DNA of 64,000 nt from positions 4,960,001-5,024,000 of the forward strand of contig CBDETY010000003.1 of the NCBI GenBank assembly GCA_965243025.1, written 5' to 3'. Source of the DNA: Candidatus Latescibacterota bacterium (lineage in GTDB: Bacteria; Latescibacterota; UBA2968; UBA8231). Of this stretch, positions 61,353-64,000 are shown piece after piece; the first letter of the stretch is position 1; every line of letters starts with the position of its first letter. Position numbers and translations under genes: made by a program. The notes below the pieces were generated by a model. That model ran no database searches. It had not been told where the DNA came from and saw only the letters and a list, made by a program, of their open reading frames with translations.

Positions 61353-61762
61353 TGCTCCGGCTCCGCGATCGAGATGCGGGTGGCACCCGCCAGCTTGAGT
61401 TCGTCGAGGACGTCGACAAACATTCGATACGTGGCACCACGTTCCGCTTTGAGCGAAATGATCAATTTGTCGTTTGCGGCGAGACGGCTCTGAATCTGGC
61501 TTCGGAGGTCACCAAACGAGACCAGGGTCAGGTCTTCGTTCTCGAAGAAAGCGATTTCGTCGCGCTCGTTGATCCAGACGTTGCAGATGTTTTTCTGCTT
61601 GATCTCCTTGCTCTCGCCCAAGGGCGGCAGATGCAGCGACAACCCCTTGTCCTGGTTCATCGTCGTCGTCACAAGAAAGAAGACGATGAGGAGGAAGGCG
61701 ATATCCGCCATCGAGGCGGTAGGTATCTCCGGGGGGACTCTGTGCCCTCGTTTCCAGTTCAT
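61349..61762 (-). CDS. exbD: ExbD/TolR family protein
   Basis: IPTASMADIAFLLIVFFLVTT and VLDELK.AG. Confidence 0.9.
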   Translation of the reverse strand: MNWKRGHRVPPEIPTASMADIAFLLIVFFLVTTTMNQDKGLSLHLPPLGESKEIKQKNICNVWINERDEIAFFENEDLTLVSFGDLRSQIQSRLAANDKLIISLKAERGATYRMFVDVLDELKLAGATRISIAEPEQ

Positions 61763-61810
61763 CCGTGCGGCCCGTCCTTGAGCGGCATCATCGCCGTCTG
61801 TTGAGAGGCG

Positions 61811-62425
61811 TCAGTCCCCCTGGCCGGTATCCGCCAGCAGATCGATGAATCCAGCCGTGTGCTCCTGCATGTCGGCGATGATGCGGTCGATCCTGGAAGC
61901 GAAAAAGTTGTGAAGGAACTGGATGATGATACCGACGATGAGACCGGACGCCGTAGTGATGAGCGCCTCCGAAATTCCGCCGGCGACCATCGACGGTTCG
62001 ACATCACCGGCCCTCTCGATGGCCTGAAACGCGGAGATCATCCCGCTGACGGTTCCGAGGAAGCCGATCATGGGGGCCAGGTTGGCAACCGTGGAGAGCC
62101 AGACCATTCCTCGTTCGAGAAAGGCCATCTCCACCGCCCCGGCATTGTCGATCGCTTTTTCAACGTGATCGATGCCGCGGTGCATGCGCAGCAAGCCGGC
62201 GTGTATGACCGAGGCGACCGGGCCCCGCGTTTCCGAGCAGATCCGCGCCGCCTCGTCGGGCCCCCCGGACCGCAGCGCATCCTCAAGGCTCTGGAAGAAC
62301 GAGTTTGCGTCGATACCTGCCCGGGTCAGGTTGATCATTCTTTCGATGGCGATGGCGATCCCCAGCACCAGAAGCACCACCAGCGGATACATCGCCCACC
62401 CACCATCCAGAAATAGGTCCCACAT
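61811..62425 (-). CDS. exbB: MotA/TolQ/ExbB proton channel protein
   Basis: GGWAMYP, APMIGFLGTVSGMI.AF and GGISEALITTA.GL. Confidence 0.92.
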   Translation of the reverse strand: MWDLFLDGGWAMYPLVVLLVLGIAIAIERMINLTRAGIDANSFFQSLEDALRSGGPDEAARICSETRGPVASVIHAGLLRMHRGIDHVEKAIDNAGAVEMAFLERGMVWLSTVANLAPMIGFLGTVSGMISAFQAIERAGDVEPSMVAGGISEALITTASGLIVGIIIQFLHNFFASRIDRIIADMQEHTAGFIDLLADTGQGD

Positions 62426-62472
62426 AATCTCTCCTCAGCTTGGGGCCGGCGTCGGCCCCGTTTGGGGGCTGA

Positions 62473-63690
62473 TCAGCCCCCCGTTTGGTCTTCTTCGTCA
62501 CCTCCGAAGAATTCCCGTTTCAGTTTCTCTTCTTCAGTTTCAGGCGGTCGCAGCTGCCAGATGCGCTGTTGGGCGATTTTTTCCCACTCGGGATCCTGTC
62601 GCGACCGTTCGAAGGCGGCAATCGCCGCATCTTCGTCTCCCTGCAATACCAACAGCTCTCCCTGAAGAAGCTGCAGGTGGCCGTGCTTCCCGTTGACCGC
62701 CAGGCCCCGGCGCAGCCAGGTCGAGGCAGCTTTCAGGTCCTTTCCCCTCAGGTGGAGCTCCACCAGTGTAGCCAATGGCCCCAGATCATGCGGTTGGGCC
62801 TCGACCATTCCCTCGAGCCCTTCCAGCTGCTGGGGCAGGTCGCCGGCTTCGGCAGCGACCGCAGCCATGCGGTCGAAGTAGGAGTAACTGCTGAGCGAGT
62901 CGAGGCGCACAAGCTTTCTGAGCGTCTCGTAAGCCCCGGGGCGGTCGCCGCTGCCGGTCTGCAATTCCAGCCTGCGGTTGAGGATTTCCACAGTGGAAGG
63001 CCCCGCCTCCGATGCCGGGGACGACAAGGCGCGCAAACTCCAGGAAAGAGCCTGCTCTGTGTCGCCATTGGCTTCGTGCATCTGGGAGAGCAGGTCGAAG
63101 ATCTGGCGCGCGTCGGCGCCGGTGTCGGAGGCAAGCCCCTCGTAGTGGGATATGGCGGCCTTGTGGTTTCCCTGAATGCGATGGAGGTCGGCGATCTCGC
63201 GCCTGAACTGGCGGTACTTGGAGACAGAGGGCTTGAGGCTGAGAACGGGCTCCAGGAAAACCCAGGCCGAATCGGCGTCTTCTTCCTGGCGCAGGTACAG
63301 TTGCGTCAACAGCACATTGCTGTTGACGTGCAGGGAGTCGAGGGAGACACAGATGAGCAGGTGGCGTTTTGCCGCTTCCGTATCTCCCTTTTTTGCGAGG
63401 AGTTTGCCGCTGAAATAGTGGGCTTTGAGATCGTCGGGCTTGTAGCTGATTACCTGCCCGTAGTACCGCAGCGCCTCGTCGGTCTGTTTCTTTTCGCGGG
63501 CGGTCTTTGCGAGAAAACGGTATTTCCGAAGGCTGTCCGCGGTTGCCGGTTCGTCCGCCTGCGCCCCTGTTACGGGCGCGGACAGTCCCAAGGCGATCAG
63601 GGCGAGAGGGATCGCCCGTGAAACGGACAGGGGAACTTTCGGAAGCCTGCGCGATATTCCTGCGAAAGCTTTGCGTGCCGGCAAATTCAT
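62473..63690 (-). CDS. Exported tetratricopeptide repeat protein
   Basis: Signal peptide followed by repeated helical A..YY/P/AHY..G patterns; first gene of the exbBD-tonB operon. Confidence 0.75.
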   Translation of the reverse strand: MNLPARKAFAGISRRLPKVPLSVSRAIPLALIALGLSAPVTGAQADEPATADSLRKYRFLAKTAREKKQTDEALRYYGQVISYKPDDLKAHYFSGKLLAKKGDTEAAKRHLLICVSLDSLHVNSNVLLTQLYLRQEEDADSAWVFLEPVLSLKPSVSKYRQFRREIADLHRIQGNHKAAISHYEGLASDTGADARQIFDLLSQMHEANGDTEQALSWSLRALSSPASEAGPSTVEILNRRLELQTGSGDRPGAYETLRKLVRLDSLSSYSYFDRMAAVAAEAGDLPQQLEGLEGMVEAQPHDLGPLATLVELHLRGKDLKAASTWLRRGLAVNGKHGHLQLLQGELLVLQGDEDAAIAAFERSRQDPEWEKIAQQRIWQLRPPETEEEKLKREFFGGDEEDQTGG

Positions 63691-63764
63691 TTTGGATGAG
63701 GAATATATCGCCGCTCTATGGAGCAGTAAACGGGCGAAAGGTTACGATTGAACGACTTCGGTTG

Positions 63765-64000
63765 TCAAATCCGGTATCCCCCTCCAGGCTCGCCGACCAG
63801 GGAGACCGCAGCCCATACCAGGCGCATCAGAAGGTCGCCGAGGATCAACCCCATGAAGAACGGACGCAGGCGGCGGTACTGCGCGGCTCCCCCGTATCGG
63901 ACTACGAGCAATTTTACTGCCCAACCGACCAGCGCCGACCCCCAGATCAGATAACCGATTCCGGTTCCGTAGACGAACCCGGCGGGGTGAAACGGAAGTT
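63765..64000 (-). CDS. C-terminus of a polytopic membrane protein (DUF6785-like), partial
   Basis: Manual translation gives LPFHPAGF...IWGSALVGWAVKLLVVRYGGAAQYRRLRPFFMGLILGD...GYRI*, stop at 63765-63767. The family name is from memory. Confidence 0.65.
   Translation of the reverse strand, partial: LPFHPAGFVYGTGIGYLIWGSALVGWAVKLLVVRYGGAAQYRRLRPFFMGLILGDLLMRLVWAAVSLVGEPGGGYRI

Overview
A GC-rich bacterial chromosome segment with about 60 genes. The gene families suggest an FCB-group organism such as Latescibacterota or Gemmatimonadota, possibly a sponge or marine symbiont; this is inference only. The left ~47 kb is mostly accessory catabolism: four PhyH dioxygenases, three Gfo/Idh/MocA oxidoreductases, two enolase-superfamily enzymes, a UxuA-like dehydratase, an MlrC peptidase, a CE15 esterase, a sulfatase, a LarA homolog, acyl-CoA enzymes and hemF. 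It also holds a squalene synthase-ispH pair facing an MpaB/Lcp-type oxygenase, MMPL, LolA-like and beta-barrel operon. The right ~17 kb is core genome: tRNA-Cys, tRNA-Leu, thyA, pheA, xerC, topA, map, nrdJ, nrdR and a TonB-ExbBD operon. The notable observations are (1) an intact, topA-coupled XerC that has lost its catalytic Tyr, Lys and both His; (2) a selenocysteine peroxiredoxin (in-frame UGA plus SECIS-like hairpin) missed by the ORF track; (3) two copies of a CTAG-flanked MITE-like element with a structure-preserving inner stem; (4) a sigma-54-driven small orphan protein; (5) an output-less HAMP sensor between a binding protein and an MFS transporter; and (6) two single-base frameshifted genes. 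No CRISPR array, rRNA or transposase was seen.
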